Positions 43,440 to 55,899 of a stretch of 64,000 nt of DNA are shown here, piece after piece. The translations under genes were made by a program, and so were the position numbers. The stretch comes from Fimbriosthenelais zetlandica (lineage: Eukaryota): the NCBI GenBank assembly GCA_977030845.1, contig OZ365110.1, forward strand, positions 20,150,001 to 20,214,000, in the 5' to 3' direction. Below the pieces are notes generated by a model. It made no database searches and had not been told where the DNA came from. It saw only the letters and a list, made by a program, of their open reading frames with translations. Positions within the stretch are counted from its first letter, which is position 1, and each line of letters starts with the position of its first letter.

Positions 43440-43700
43440 CAACAGTATAATGTTCTATAATGTTCTGCAGTACGGTACTAGAACATTTACCAAGAGAGTA
43501 TCATTGGCAAATGCACTTCATGTACCTTATGAGACTTAGATGAACTCTAGGTGCTTGAGAGTAACTCGCGTGTGCTGGAGCTATTTGTCTATGAAACTGC
43601 AATAGCTGTGGTGAAAGCTTCGGCAAGCCAAGTGGCTGCTCTTCCATATTAGCTGTCTCACTCCTAGGCACATCCAAATAGCCTAGCATTTCAACCTGTG
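43440..43700 (-). mobile_element. Non-LTR RT catalytic-core remnant
   Basis: CLGVRQ (43653-43670) and SAFANDTLL (43491-43517) lie in the same minus frame ~48 codons apart, corresponding to the GVRQG and FADD motifs. Confidence 0.55.
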
Positions 43701-44199
43701 GTTTTCTTTTTATTACCATCCATCCAGTTGGATAGCACTTTGTAAAGTGCTTTGAAAAGCTTGGAATCTATTGTGAAGCGAGATGAATTCAACCCCCTGG
43801 GGGGGGGCAGCCAGGTGGGCACTGCTCATTTTGAAAAGGTGATAGAAGGTTGATTGGTTTGGGAGAACAATATTTCATCAGAGATTGGAGCATGTAATTA
43901 GTGACAGTCTTGGTTGGCGACTTATTAATTGCCTCCAGTCTGAGGCACTGCCATAGATCTTGATCAATAACTTGAGATTGTTCATACTAGACACACCAAT
44001 ATGTGGTCCGAATAATATCCCTCGAATACTAAACTCAGGTTTTCTTGCCCTCTGTGATGTAATCACATGACAAATTGTCTCATGCATCATAAGGGTGGCT
44101 CAATAAATCGGCCAATCGATTAGGTCCTACTTAAACTAACCAGACACCCTGCTGGCTACTGCCTGCTAGACCATAAAAAGGTCAACCTGCCCAGATTAG

Positions 44200-44400
44200 C
44201 ATCCCCTCCTGCATCATGCCTCCTAGGTGCTGAAATTGATTAACTGGTTTTTATCTTGACTTGTTTTGGCCACCACCAGTGGCCATGACCATAGCCTATA
44301 GAACTGGTCTGAAAGATAGATTCAAAGAACATTCTCTTAGCATGTTTCTGTTGATGGTATGAAGAACATTCCCTACACGCTCGGGATCTATAGGATGTTG
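44200..44400 (-). mobile_element. LINE RT thumb remnant
   Basis: Minus-strand KPVNQFQHLG (cf. VxxFxYLG). Confidence 0.35.
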
Positions 44401-45049
44401 TATGTATACAGATTATATTGAGTTGTCGGTCATCCATCAAGAAGTGGATATTATAAAATGCTCAATAGACCTATTATCATTATAAGCCTATTGGGCATAA
44501 TATGATGAGTATACTAGATGTCTGTCTAGACACTCCTTCGACTAGCTGTTAATTCAGAGCCTTCGGGTCTGAGGAAGCAATACAACAACCTTGTATAGAT
44601 ATGTCCATTTCCTGTCACATATATACTCGTGTCTGAAAAGATCCTGTTGTTCGCAAATGTTGTGGACACAAATAATACCAATTGACATGAGTTCAGGCCA
44701 CTGGGCAAGCATTGCCTATACCCCATTCCAGGACAGATTTGTCTCTGTCTATAGGGCCAGGGACCTATAATTGGTCGGACCATTTCAGAGATCCCATCCC
44801 TGCATCATCATATATACTGGCCAGGTTCTTCGCTTCTACCGTTTACAAGATCAAAAGGAGTATTGATTCTTGGAGAAACGTTACAGGCATAGCTGGGGAT
44901 AAAACATATTTGTCATTCTATATACACTTTGTGCCTTGAAAGCAGTCAGGTTGCAGGAAAAGGGATAAAATTCCTTTCGCTGAACATCAATTTGGGTGTA
45001 AATGATCAGTGATGATGAAAGACCTTCTTGCAAATGTGATTTAGTCATG

Positions 45050-45500
45050 CCTCTGACAGACAAGTGGGGCGACATTGACACACATGTGAATCCAAGCCAG
45101 AGGGTCTTTCTGATGGATCTCCTAAGAGATCATTAAGAGAAGCGCCCAAGGCTGAGGTTTACCTCCTGCCAGAAAGCTTTTATTGTCTTTGTGGGTTTGA
45201 TGACTTGCCCAGGCAGCCTGTTTATGGGACCCATGCCTTTCGGCCTATACACTCTTATTGTTTGTCCACATATATCGACACTGTCCAAGTAGCTTGCCTA
45301 GATGTTATAAAAGACATACCATGGATAAATCAAACAAATACAAGGTAGGATGTTGGAAAGCCTCCTACCACAGTTTGTTCTCCGACATCAAGTATGCCCT
45401 TGGCTGCATTGATTTCTTCCAGCGTGACTGAAACCATTTGCCAACACCCTCTATATGTAAGGTTTGGAAAACGAGCGATCGATGCCATCTTTGGTCAGAA
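45050..45500 (-). mobile_element. LINE RT N-terminal remnant
   Basis: Minus-strand SRWKKS, RVYRP and PLAWIH, in the expected order (cf. WKxA, YRPI, LxxxWxDL). Confidence 0.3.
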
Positions 45501-46193
45501 GTGGCGCCTGAAGAGGGCTCTGGAGGCCTCCTTTAGGCTTGTCCTGACTCCCCTCTCTGCCTCACTCTGATGAGGCATCATGGCCACCGTATGCTCCCAG
45601 TGTTTACCCATTCCAGGCCAATTCCCCAGCAAAGGTGATGGGAATTTATTGAACTGCTGCAAGTCCCTGAACTGTAACGAATACAAAGTGCTGTTTGTGT
45701 TAAGCCGAATGAAGCATGGAAGGAATTCAGGACTGAAAAAAATCTAAATCGATTTGATGTTTGCTGAATGAATTATCAGGAGATCAAAGAGTTGGTGTCT
45801 ATAATTAAATCTGGGTCATTGACTCAGTACTATTTCATTTATTATTCGTTCTCAGGAAGTAGACCATTATAGATCTGACTGTTATTTATATCTCGATTGG
45901 CGGAACTGGTAATGGGAATGCCTGTCCTACCAGAAATCTTGCCTACCAATTTCAAATGTCAGTTCTGCAAATATTGGTGTCGTAAATATGGCTGGTCATG
46001 TTAGTATGAATTCCATAATATTCTATATCGCATTGAAACTTTCATAACATCCCAAATTCCTTAGAAAAGAACAGGGTTGTGCTTGTTTAAAATAAGTATT
46101 TGCTTTTCAGTCAAAATCTTTAACGGTTTTTCTCTCATAATTATCTGAACGGCCTTACAAGTAGTGTGATAAACCTTGTTGAGTACACTAGTG

Positions 46194-46560
46194 TCATGGC
46201 AGTAAAGTACCAATGGCCTTCATTCCAGTAGCTAAGTTTACACGGCTGTTGTTGGTCTTGTGGGACTTTATTATGATGATGTTTTGGTGCTTTACACTTG
46301 ATGAGAGCTGTGACAAAATCACTGCAAAAGCACAGTGTATGTCCATTGTAAGGTTATGTACAATGCCTTGATTTATGTCCAAGTACTGCACATGCTGATT
46401 TTGCAAATGTCTTGCAAGAACTTTCCAGAAGACCAAACAGCCGATCGATCATGGGAAACAGCAGTTCTGAGTGGAGCCCCTCGGTAAAATTTCGCTGACT
46501 CACATGGCCCAACGAGAAGGGAACCTGCTATCCTTTTCACACAGGGAAGGTGTTTCTCGC
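46194..46560 (-). mobile_element. CR1/L2-type LINE RT remnant
   Basis: Minus-strand DSRFPSRWAM (cf. FPxxWK), then FWKVLARHLQNQHVQYLD (cf. SKVLERIVxNQLxxYL) and MKAIGTL (cf. KAFDTV). Confidence 0.55.
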
Positions 46561-47749
46561 GCCTTGAATCATGCAATGACAGTGTCAATGGGTTGAAAGT
46601 CTCTGGAATGGCTCCCAAGACAATATTAGTCGCCGGACTAATTCCTCGCTATCAAAAGGTTTGCCATTAATCCGGGAGAAAACCTCTAGAAACTGACAAA
46701 CTCTTAGATGTCAGGGATTAACCCTGAAAGGAGATTTAGTATGCATTCAGGAGTATAAGAACTTTCGAAAGGAGTTCTTCCCACTTTATGAGATTTATGT
46801 GGTTCTCTCAGATATTGCCACACCTCGCAGGTACTAAGTGCAAAGTGGTGTAACGCCTGGATGAGGCAATGTGTCGTCGCCAAGGTCAATGGCTATGCCT
46901 CCTGTAAAGCACAGGAAGGCAGTGAAATGCGCTTCATATTATGCCACAATGCCACTTTCTGAAATCTGTCAATCGATGGCAGCAGCAAAGGAGACAGGGA
47001 AGCAAGGGCCCCACATCCCCATGGGAAGGGACTTTGTGAGGATCATTGAAAAAGGCAGTTCTCTAGAGAGCTGGAGGTGGGAAAGGCATTACTTTAGGGA
47101 AGGTGTATATATAGCCTCTAGACACGCAATCACAGTGAAGATTTAATCAATCATATATTTTAAGAGGAACTGAGAGGCATGCATTGGAAATCTACTTCTA
47201 AAGCGTAGAATCCATAGTCTACAGGGCGTCAAGGCCCCCGACAATTGCTTGCAACATGCAATGCACTGTTATATTACATTTGTTTTAAACTGTTTTGAGG
47301 CGGTATACTAATATTTCATATCGGTGACAGAAAAAGTAGAGAGAGTGACATCAGAAAAAATAGAGGGCTTTTTCTTCGGTTAAACGTCAAACACTGCCGG
47401 TAGCCATGTTCTATAGCCATGTTCTATGGTATATAGGCAGTTCATGTCATATTAAAGTATATCGAGAATGTATTATAGAGTTTCTTTCGCTTTGAATACT
47501 TGAATACTGCATGAATGAGTTTACCGAAAATCTGAATGAAATCTGATACCTATATATATACATGTCTTTTTACTTATATGTAATTGGTCTACGCTGGAGA
47601 GTTCTTTACTTTCAATTCTTTCTAATTAGAGAATGCATTGTGGTTTTCAGCGCCACCCGTTAAAACTTAATCTGCAAAACTTTCGGTTTGTTGCCTCCGA
47701 TATTATTTGCTTCAATGTATCAGCAGATGCTGTCAGTAAAAGATAAACC

Positions 47750-48570
47750 ATGTTGAGGACCCTCTGGCCTCGCGGACCCCTTTTCCGCCTGACCTTATCG
47801 GATCACAATTTGAAACGGTGGAGGCCGAGGGTCATCGGATATAAGCATCCCAGACAGGCACAGTGAACATCGTTTACATTCAGATCATTTATTTCCTCTG
47901 CGCTGGGTCAGGCCTCAAGCTACCAATGTGTCTTAGTAAATACATCTTGTAGAAAAGGAGATGAGATAATCAGGGACATATACAGCTGGGCCGAGTCGGG
48001 TTACATCCCGACTGGAGATTCAGCAATCTGATAGGGGTTGAAGGAAAAAAATTCTGAAGCTTGGATAACCTATACATGTAGGATTTAGATTCATCCCAAG
48101 AATTCATGATATTTCTATATCAGTCAAAATCATGTATGAACAGTGCTATGATCATGATATCTGCAGCCAATCTGATTTCCCCTGATTGAACCTTTCGAAT
48201 TAAAAGGCTTGTATACCGCACTGCTTTGACAGGACCTGGGGAACGATCTTTTCAACAGAACCTTTCCCAATGTCGGCAAGGTCTAGACAAGTTCCGTTGT
48301 GGCAAATGTTATTTGGTTGGATATAACGTGGTAAACATGTCGAAACCAAAGCTTGCCATTGTCTGACAACTTTGAACAACGGAACAGCAACCAGAGCCTG
48401 GTGAGGAGGAAAGACAGGACAAAAAGTTGTTCCATTGGGCTGCCTCAAACATTGTTTATACAGGCTTTTGAAGATAAAAGCTATCATTAAATAGCAGCGA
48501 GATAAAAAAAAAAAGGATGGACGCTGAGTATGGATAATTATTCCAGGACTGCTAGCACAGTGCATGGGAG
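47750..48570 (-). mobile_element. LINE RT remnant
   Basis: The ORF-track frame 48200-48565 ends CLDLADIGKGSVEKIVPQVLSKQCGI (cf. LDLSKAFDxVxHxxLLxKLxxxGI). Confidence 0.3.
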
Positions 48571-49299
48571 GCAGGTTAATTAAAGATAATTGATTACCGC
48601 TGTGTGGGCAGAGACGGCTATATTAGGCCTAATAGGACCCGCCATCCCTTTCACACGTAACTTTGACTTATTTATTTCAGTGTTGTCGGCTATTTGTTTT
48701 TGTTTTACTTTTTGTCATGTAATTTGTTAATGGAATTATTCCCATGTTGGCTCATGCTTTAATGTGAACAAGACGTGAAATGTTCAATGACGCTGTTGTG
48801 GATTCATATCACGATGGCAGTTGCTGATCTTCCTTCTAGTTTGGGCTCCTCTTTTGTATATTTCACTGATCGTTTTTCTTCCTCAACCTCTTCTATATAT
48901 CCATAATTGAACGGAGCTATGTGGCTTCCCACTCCATGCTTAATTGCTACCATGTGATGACGCAACAAAGTGTTGCCTCCGTCACTGGGCAACCTCTTCT
49001 ATATATCCCATTTCTTTTAAGTTTTGTAATTTTTGGAAAAATCTTTCGCATGAACTTGCTCTGACAACCTCCTTTATGACCATCCCAAGATTTGCAGTTC
49101 TTCAGAACAATCTCCCACCAATCCCTGCCCGGCAGTTAAGGCGGTTAACATTAATGTGTGGAATAGCAGATTATCTCGTCTAAGTCAGGATGATGGCAGG
49201 TATTAATCGGATCCGCAGATTCAGACGTTCCAAAATAGCTGCATTCGGGGACTGGGGGATCTGGCAATGTTAGACACTGGTCTTTAATCTTGGGCTCCT

Positions 49300-49700
49300 C
49301 AATGTGGCTCAGCTAAAGAGCTCTGGAGAACTTTCCTCCTGTGGATTGAGATACATTGAAGAAGGAGATGGGGATTGGATTCACCAAGATCTCATCCAAT
49401 TTATGTAATCCCAATGAGAGTAGGGAAAAACCTTGCATTGGGTGGAATGCAGGCCCCTCTTGTCACCTTGTATCCCTACATCAGCACCCTCTTACTGGAC
49501 CTTGTCCGTGTTAAATTGGGAAAGGCATGTGGCCAAAGCAATTCCCATGTCCAACGCAGCTTGTAGCAGCTGTTGGCCGTCCAATTTGCACCAGGCTTGC
49601 TCCCTGCCTTACTACCTTGTTGAACCTCAAATTGTACGTGGTCTGCGAACGAAGAGAGCGAAACTAAGCTTATTGGGGGGCCCGGGAAATCTTGTTGCTA
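49300..49700 (-). mobile_element. Non-LTR RT core remnant
   Basis: Minus-strand RFNKVVRQGASL (cf. GVRQGCPL), with downstream GLHSTQCKV (cf. GLxxNxxKC). Confidence 0.45.
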
Positions 49701-49935
49701 ATGTTAGCAGGGCCTTGGTGCTACTTGAGACTTACCAAACAAGATTTTCCCTCAGCAGTCGCCAGCCTTTCAGAGGAAATGAAAGTGCTGAAATGAAGGC
49801 ACCTCACATTTATATGTGTAATTTGCACTGCTGGTTCTTACTAGAATTAATGTATTAAACTTACAGGTTTGGGTCTGGTTCCAAAAGGGAGCTCAAGAGC
49901 TTAGCGCAGGAGTTAATAGGTAGACCCACCTTATT

Positions 49936-50301
49936 TCATAGAATATAATTTGGCCTATATATATGTATGGGACTAAATTGACCGGGGTACTGCGGTGGTT
50001 TTCTTTTAAAATCCCCATTTAAGCAACTTTCCCAGATTATATGCATACCCTTAAGGAGAAAGGAAATTAACTGCTTGGAATGAATATAGTTTGCTAAATC
50101 TATGGGTGTTTGGAGGCATGAAACTCGCCAAATAGTACTCCCTCCAGCACGTTTCATCAAAGCACCAGCTGCTCCAGTATTCATACTCCATTTATCTGCC
50201 CCCTGCCTCCAGGCCGTAAACATAACACTGTACAAGTAGATACCTTTGCCAAATTCCAACTTCAAAGCACCCGCGGCCATCTTTTCTCCCTTTTGAAACA
50301 C
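49936..50301 (-). mobile_element. LINE APE endonuclease remnant
   Basis: The ORF-track frame contains KRAGGSTIW (cf. RGGGVAI) and CLNGDFK (cf. GDFN). Confidence 0.3.
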
Positions 50302-52666
50302 TGACTATTAAAGTGAATGGAAGGCATCTGACGCAGTGACGGATGCCCCGACCATCTATAGCATTATAATGTCACAGGACCACCTGCACCAGCGGTCTCT
50401 TCACACTGATTCCTACTGACGAGCTGGTCACCTCATGGAGGCTGGCTTAATTTCCGGTCCTTTCAAATGAGCCCGGGTGAAGGCGTCCGCGACTGGGCGG
50501 TCATGATTTGGCACCGAAGAGACAAACTGATTCACAGCAAGAGAGTTGGATTTAAAGCAAACTGGCCTAATGCCTGAATCCAGAGGTGGGCTAATCGAAA
50601 TGTCACCTTAAAGTAATGTCATGTCACTCAACGATAGCCTGGCCGGTATGTTCCATGCCTGGACCAACTTCCTTTGCTCAGACTCCATGCAATATGGCAA
50701 TCATTTTTTAATTGCAGAAGTGTTTATTTGCAGAAGGAGAAATTACCTAATAAGGAAAAGGAGAAGGCACCTAAAACAGATGTGATAGCATTGTGAAATA
50801 TGATTCTGGTGGCCGTCTACCTGTGATTGCAAGTACTTGGGCCTGAAAGTTTGTTTTCCGCTTATATTAATCTGCTCACTATTGCGGTGGATCACATGTC
50901 ATGTCACTTAATGCCATGGTTTACCTGTACAGGTATTGGGTTACTTATGTAATCTCACCCTTTATGAGGGAGATGGTTATGATTTGGTTCAGCCTTGAAC
51001 ATTTCCATGTCAATTTGTGTGCCTGAAACTACACTGTTAGAAGGGATTACAACAGAAAGTAACAGAATTATTATTCATATTTGGAGACGTCTTCCAAACG
51101 TTTTCCTATTATAGGAAAATTGTTATTCATAGCATTTTGAGGGATCGAAGATAAGGGCCTGCAATTTTACTGTTAATATTACATATATATATATTACATA
51201 ATATTATAGGCCTTAAAACCTTACTATAAAATCTTTGTTAAAAGGCTTTGGATCATTGTTAAGGTTAAAAGAACCTTCCTTGAGTATATTATTATTTTGA
51301 AATCCATTGTGAAGTATATATAATAGAACAGCCTCAAGAATCGGAAAAAAGAAGCAGCAGATTCCAGTTCATTGAGTGTGAAAGAATGAAATCAGGCTTG
51401 CCAATTCCTCCAGCCTTACACCCTAGGTGAGGTGTGGCATACACTCAGGCCATTAGGAGGTCTGAGGACCATTGGTATGGCTGGTCCTACGTCTTCTCAA
51501 TGATCCCCAATTTCGCCCACGCTCGTGCATTCAGTAGGAAATGCAAAGTCGGGCCCATCGTTATCGGTTCGCCTGTTCGGACGTCTACACTGGGAAGACT
51601 TAGCCTTAGGAAGCCACTGAGCCTTTATTATATACCGGGTGCCATAATTGACTAGAATGCTGGTCTTCTTTGACCAGGGATTTTCACTGGATCTTATGTT
51701 AAAAAGTAGTTTACAATTAAAAAATATGAGTGGTTGATGCTTTAGTTCATAAACATTATTTTTATGTGGTTCACCGACCAGGTTTGAATGAAATAAAATA
51801 ACCTGTTCACTGCTCTGGGAATGTAATATGGGAAGGTGTAAAAAAAGCCTGGGGAGTCTGCTTGCCCGCTGAATAATTCATGGCTCGTCACGAGAAGCGC
51901 AAAACGGGGGTCAGAGATTTAGCCAAATGTGATCAGAATGAGCATCAGATGACAAGACAAGCATCAGCTATATAATATATATGTGTGGCCAGGATTAGTC
52001 TGTCCCATTCTGATGTATATCCATTGCAAAATCAGAATATAAATGAGCTATATCTCCTTTATCATGCGATTAGGTAAAGCTTCTGAATTGATGGTCAAAA
52101 GCATTGTAATAAGCAAAATGAATTTGAATATTCCTGGCTTATCACCTAATCAATTATATTGGATATAAGGACAACAAGATAACTAGACATACGCATGACA
52201 CTAGATGTTTGATAAAAATGCGATAAAAAGATAACTATATATAAAATGAGCATGAACAAAACTGTCACGAAATATCTCATAGTACAGAGAAAGAGGAGCC
52301 CGAACAGAAATTGAACAATGCCTTGTCAGTGAAAGTTATTTTGGTTGGAATATCCTTGTTTGACAAGTCATTAGAGAAGGAGAATTAGGCTTGTTTGCAG
52401 ACTTTGTGTCTGGATGGTCGCAGTGAAACCAGTGAGCAGTATTCCCCATTAGACACAATGTGACATGGTGGAACGCCCAGGATGACTATGGAAAGGCTGG
52501 CCCACACTTTCCAGATTGCATTTAAAGGTCAGCAGTATTGAACTCGTGAAGGATAACATCCTTCAGTGTGAAAAACTATCTTCTTGCATGTATTTACTTC
52601 TGTACACGGTGCTCCGTGGGTAATAGTCTTCTCGCACAAAAACTAGGCAACAGGTGTAGTCAAAGA

Positions 52667-53409
52667 CACTGTGGAACACCGGAGGGGGGTAACGCGCGTA
52701 ACCTTCCTCAAAATGGCGGCCAAAACACCGCTCGCTTCGGTAAGTTTTCCTCACTTTTCTCCCATTTAGAGTTATCAGAATGACATCAAAAGTAGTGAGA
52801 CTGTTAGGAAAAGTGTGCTTGATCTTCTCGATCTGTTTACTCGGTCTAGTTCACGGCAAAAGCCGCTAAAATAGCCCTCAAAGTGCGAGTCGGTGAGGAA
52901 GGTAACTGTCCTGAGGGAGGAAGGTAATTCCACCATATGAACAGAGATGAGGAGGGTAACTATCGTTAGTTTTGCTGAATGTACCAACCATTTACAGCCA
53001 CTTTATCAAAATATTGACATAGGAAACTTATGAACAGAAGAAGGTTGCACTGTTGCATCCTATTTAACCGTATTTTGTATGAAATACATGTGGAAACATA
53101 ACATATTATTTAGTCAGTTACCTTCCTCAATCACAGAGTTACCCTCCTCAGGTGTCAAAACCGATGACAGTTACCTTCCTCACCGACTCGTACTTTGAGG
53201 GCTATTTTAGCGGCTTTTGCCGTGAACTAGACCGAGTAAACAGATCGAGAAGGTCAAGCACACTTTTCCTAACAGTCTCACTACTTTTGATGTCATTCTG
53301 ATAACTCTAAATGGGAGAAAAGTGAGGAAAACTTACCGAAGCGAGCGGTGTTTTGGCCGCCATTTTGAGGAAGGTTACGCGCGTTACCCCCCTCCGGTGT
53401 TCCACAGTG
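52667..53409. mobile_element. Young non-autonomous DNA transposon (MITE/foldback), Transib/RAG-like (CMC) ends, 743 bp
   Basis: TIRs 52667-52910 and 53166-53409 (244 bp, 2 mismatches seen). Termini CACTGTG...CACAGTG. 5-bp TSD AAAGA at 52662-52666 and 53410-53414. No coding capacity. The family assignment is less certain than the element itself. Confidence 0.9.
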
Positions 53410-54259
53410 AAAGACCTCCCTTTCTGGAAGTACATAACCTTTGCCGGTGAAACGCTGCTTTTACTATTATCTTCATAATAAGTGTGCCTATATGCAGTAT
53501 CAATCATTTTAAAACAAATACATACATGTATAGTTCTACAGAAGGAATGTTTGATATTGATTCAAATTATGCATCAAAGTTTATATTACTCGAGCTAATC
53601 TGAGTAATGCGTGTGATTCCATCAAAACAATTGATCCAGTATTGCGAGTCTTACAACTGATACCCTTTGTCACACCCAGCCCTCAATTCATGGTGACTTT
53701 GATCTACAACATGCAGGCAGAGGGTCCATGTTTGCAAGTCGCTGCTCGTATGTCACATCAAAGCTGCAAGTGTTTGAATTCTTGCCAATAAATCAAACAT
53801 GTCCCAAGTTCTTATACTTGCCAGACTCACAGAAAGGCCGGAAATCTGGCCTTTCCTTCAAACCATGTAGTATAGATCCATCTGGCCATTGTCCTAGCCT
53901 CGGTTCAATCTGGTTGATTCCATCCACCCTTTCGTTTTTTGTAAGAGTATAAAATGGCTTTGCTAAAATATTACATGAAAAGAGAAATATTCAAGTATGG
54001 GAGAATGATACATGCTTCATTAGATCAAAACAAATACCTCGCAACAACTTATAAATATTATTTTGCCTTTTGTAGCGGAACAGGATAGCACATGACTACA
54101 TGTATAGGTTTCCTTATCGTACCTGTATAAGCCGCCATGTTGTTTTGGATCGTCTAACATGATGCATGCTATAACTGTAGCATGTTATCATGAGTCTGTC
54201 CGTCCCTCTCCCTTTCTCCTTTTGAACATATACTTTTGTAGACTATAGAAGCCGTCGGC

Positions 54260-54540
54260 CTTTCATGATGGCTCCAGGTCCCAGACTTTCAGGCGCTTGT
54301 CTCTACATTTGAGAAAGGAGGTGACTTATCCTGGCAAATTACAGGTATTGAGGCCCAGCCTCGCCCCTTCATCTGGCGAGACAGTTCCTGTGGCACTTTG
54401 TAATTAGTCCAGATAGGCCGCGGACACCGGGCAGAAATCAGGCTTTGGTTGGGCAGGCCATAAAAAATTCATGGCACTGATGGCAATGGGTCAGAGCACA
54501 CCAGGAGGAAGGTCTGTTTTTCCTTGATACCGGTGCTTTA
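54260..54540 (-). mobile_element. Tyrosine-recombinase (DIRS/Ngaro-like) remnant
   Basis: YQGKTDLPPG and DFCPVSAAYL lie in the same minus frame 30 codons apart (cf. SKTDQxG and CPVxAxxxYL). Confidence 0.35.
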
Positions 54541-55899
54541 TCTTTGAACTACTGTAATCAGACACTAATGATGCCATGAGTTTGGTTTTTATATTCAACA
54601 GAACCATGTAAACGTAAGGTAGGGCAAGGTATAGGAGATTCTGCCCTCCAAAAAGCCTCAACTTTAATTATCGGGGTTCTATTGATATTGTTCAGGGATA
54701 TCTCATGTGAATCATGTGATTTTGTTTATTTCATTATCTTATGGAATCAAAGGACATGTTCCTTGCTCAGATTCAACTATTGAGTCCAGCTGTCTATTAT
54801 GAAATAGGCCTCTGTACCAAGTTTGCATATACAAATACACAAGTTGTGCATATAAATATGTACCAGGGACCGGTCCATACCCAAAAATGAATAATGACAT
54901 CATTATAAAAAGTTTTGGAACATTTGTTTGGCTCATTGGAGATAAGAAGTAAGCAGTTTCCGAAATCAGTCAACCCTTGTGGATATCCGGATCCTGCCTT
55001 TCTTTGATGTTGAAACATGGCTTCAGGTCTTTGGGTGAATGGCAGGATGGGCCAGCCATGGACCAGCGATTATCCCTTAATTAGGGAGCCTCTGATGAAG
55101 CCATCCTTGATATATACACCATTAGTGACTACAAGTTACCTTTGATTAATGACCACAACCCTGCTGTGGCCAACACGGCTCCTCTGCCTTCTTCCTCTAG
55201 CCCTTTCCTTTCCTCATCTTTTAGGGAAATGAGAGAGATCCAAGATGGCGACCCATGGAGATGAAGGGAATGTGATCTAAGCTTATTTACAACACTTACT
55301 GACTCATCACTTTCAGCACATTTCCTCTCATTTACCCATATTCTTTTCCACCTATACTTTTTTGTATAATTATGGAAACGTTATGAATTCTATTGTCGTC
55401 CTGTCGCATTAACTCTGTGCTTCAGTTTGGACAATCTCTATTAGTTAATTGCCCCAAGTATTTTGAATGACTAATAATGATAATTTCTAATGTAGTTTCA
55501 TTCAAACACATTCAAGCTAAAAAGTATCCACTGTGGTCTATACTTCAAACGTAATTTCTATTTGTTGTTTTAAAACATTCAAATATCTTAACTATTGCTG
55601 TCCTTAGAATTTCCTTTTTAGCAAAGGCTCGATATTCTTATTCTTCCCACCAAACCCTCAAGGCAATGAAGGAAGAGATACCAGACATTCTAGAAATAAA
55701 ATCCACTATCAAGACCCCTCATCAATTAGGGGCAAATAATAAACCATTAAATGGCTTTCTCCAGTCCAATCTCCTCAAAAACTTCATATCCCATCAGGTT
55801 CTTAAATGTTTCAGACTGGTGATGGATTTCCTACCTTCCTTCGCACTCGTCTTTAATAGCCAAGACCACACAATCAGCCACAATATAAATAACAAATAT

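Noticed and set aside
51540-51630. Minus-strand GGCTCAGTGG A-box-like motif suggesting a tRNA or tRNA-SINE
   Set aside because: No proper B box (GTTCRANNC) and no cloverleaf stems.
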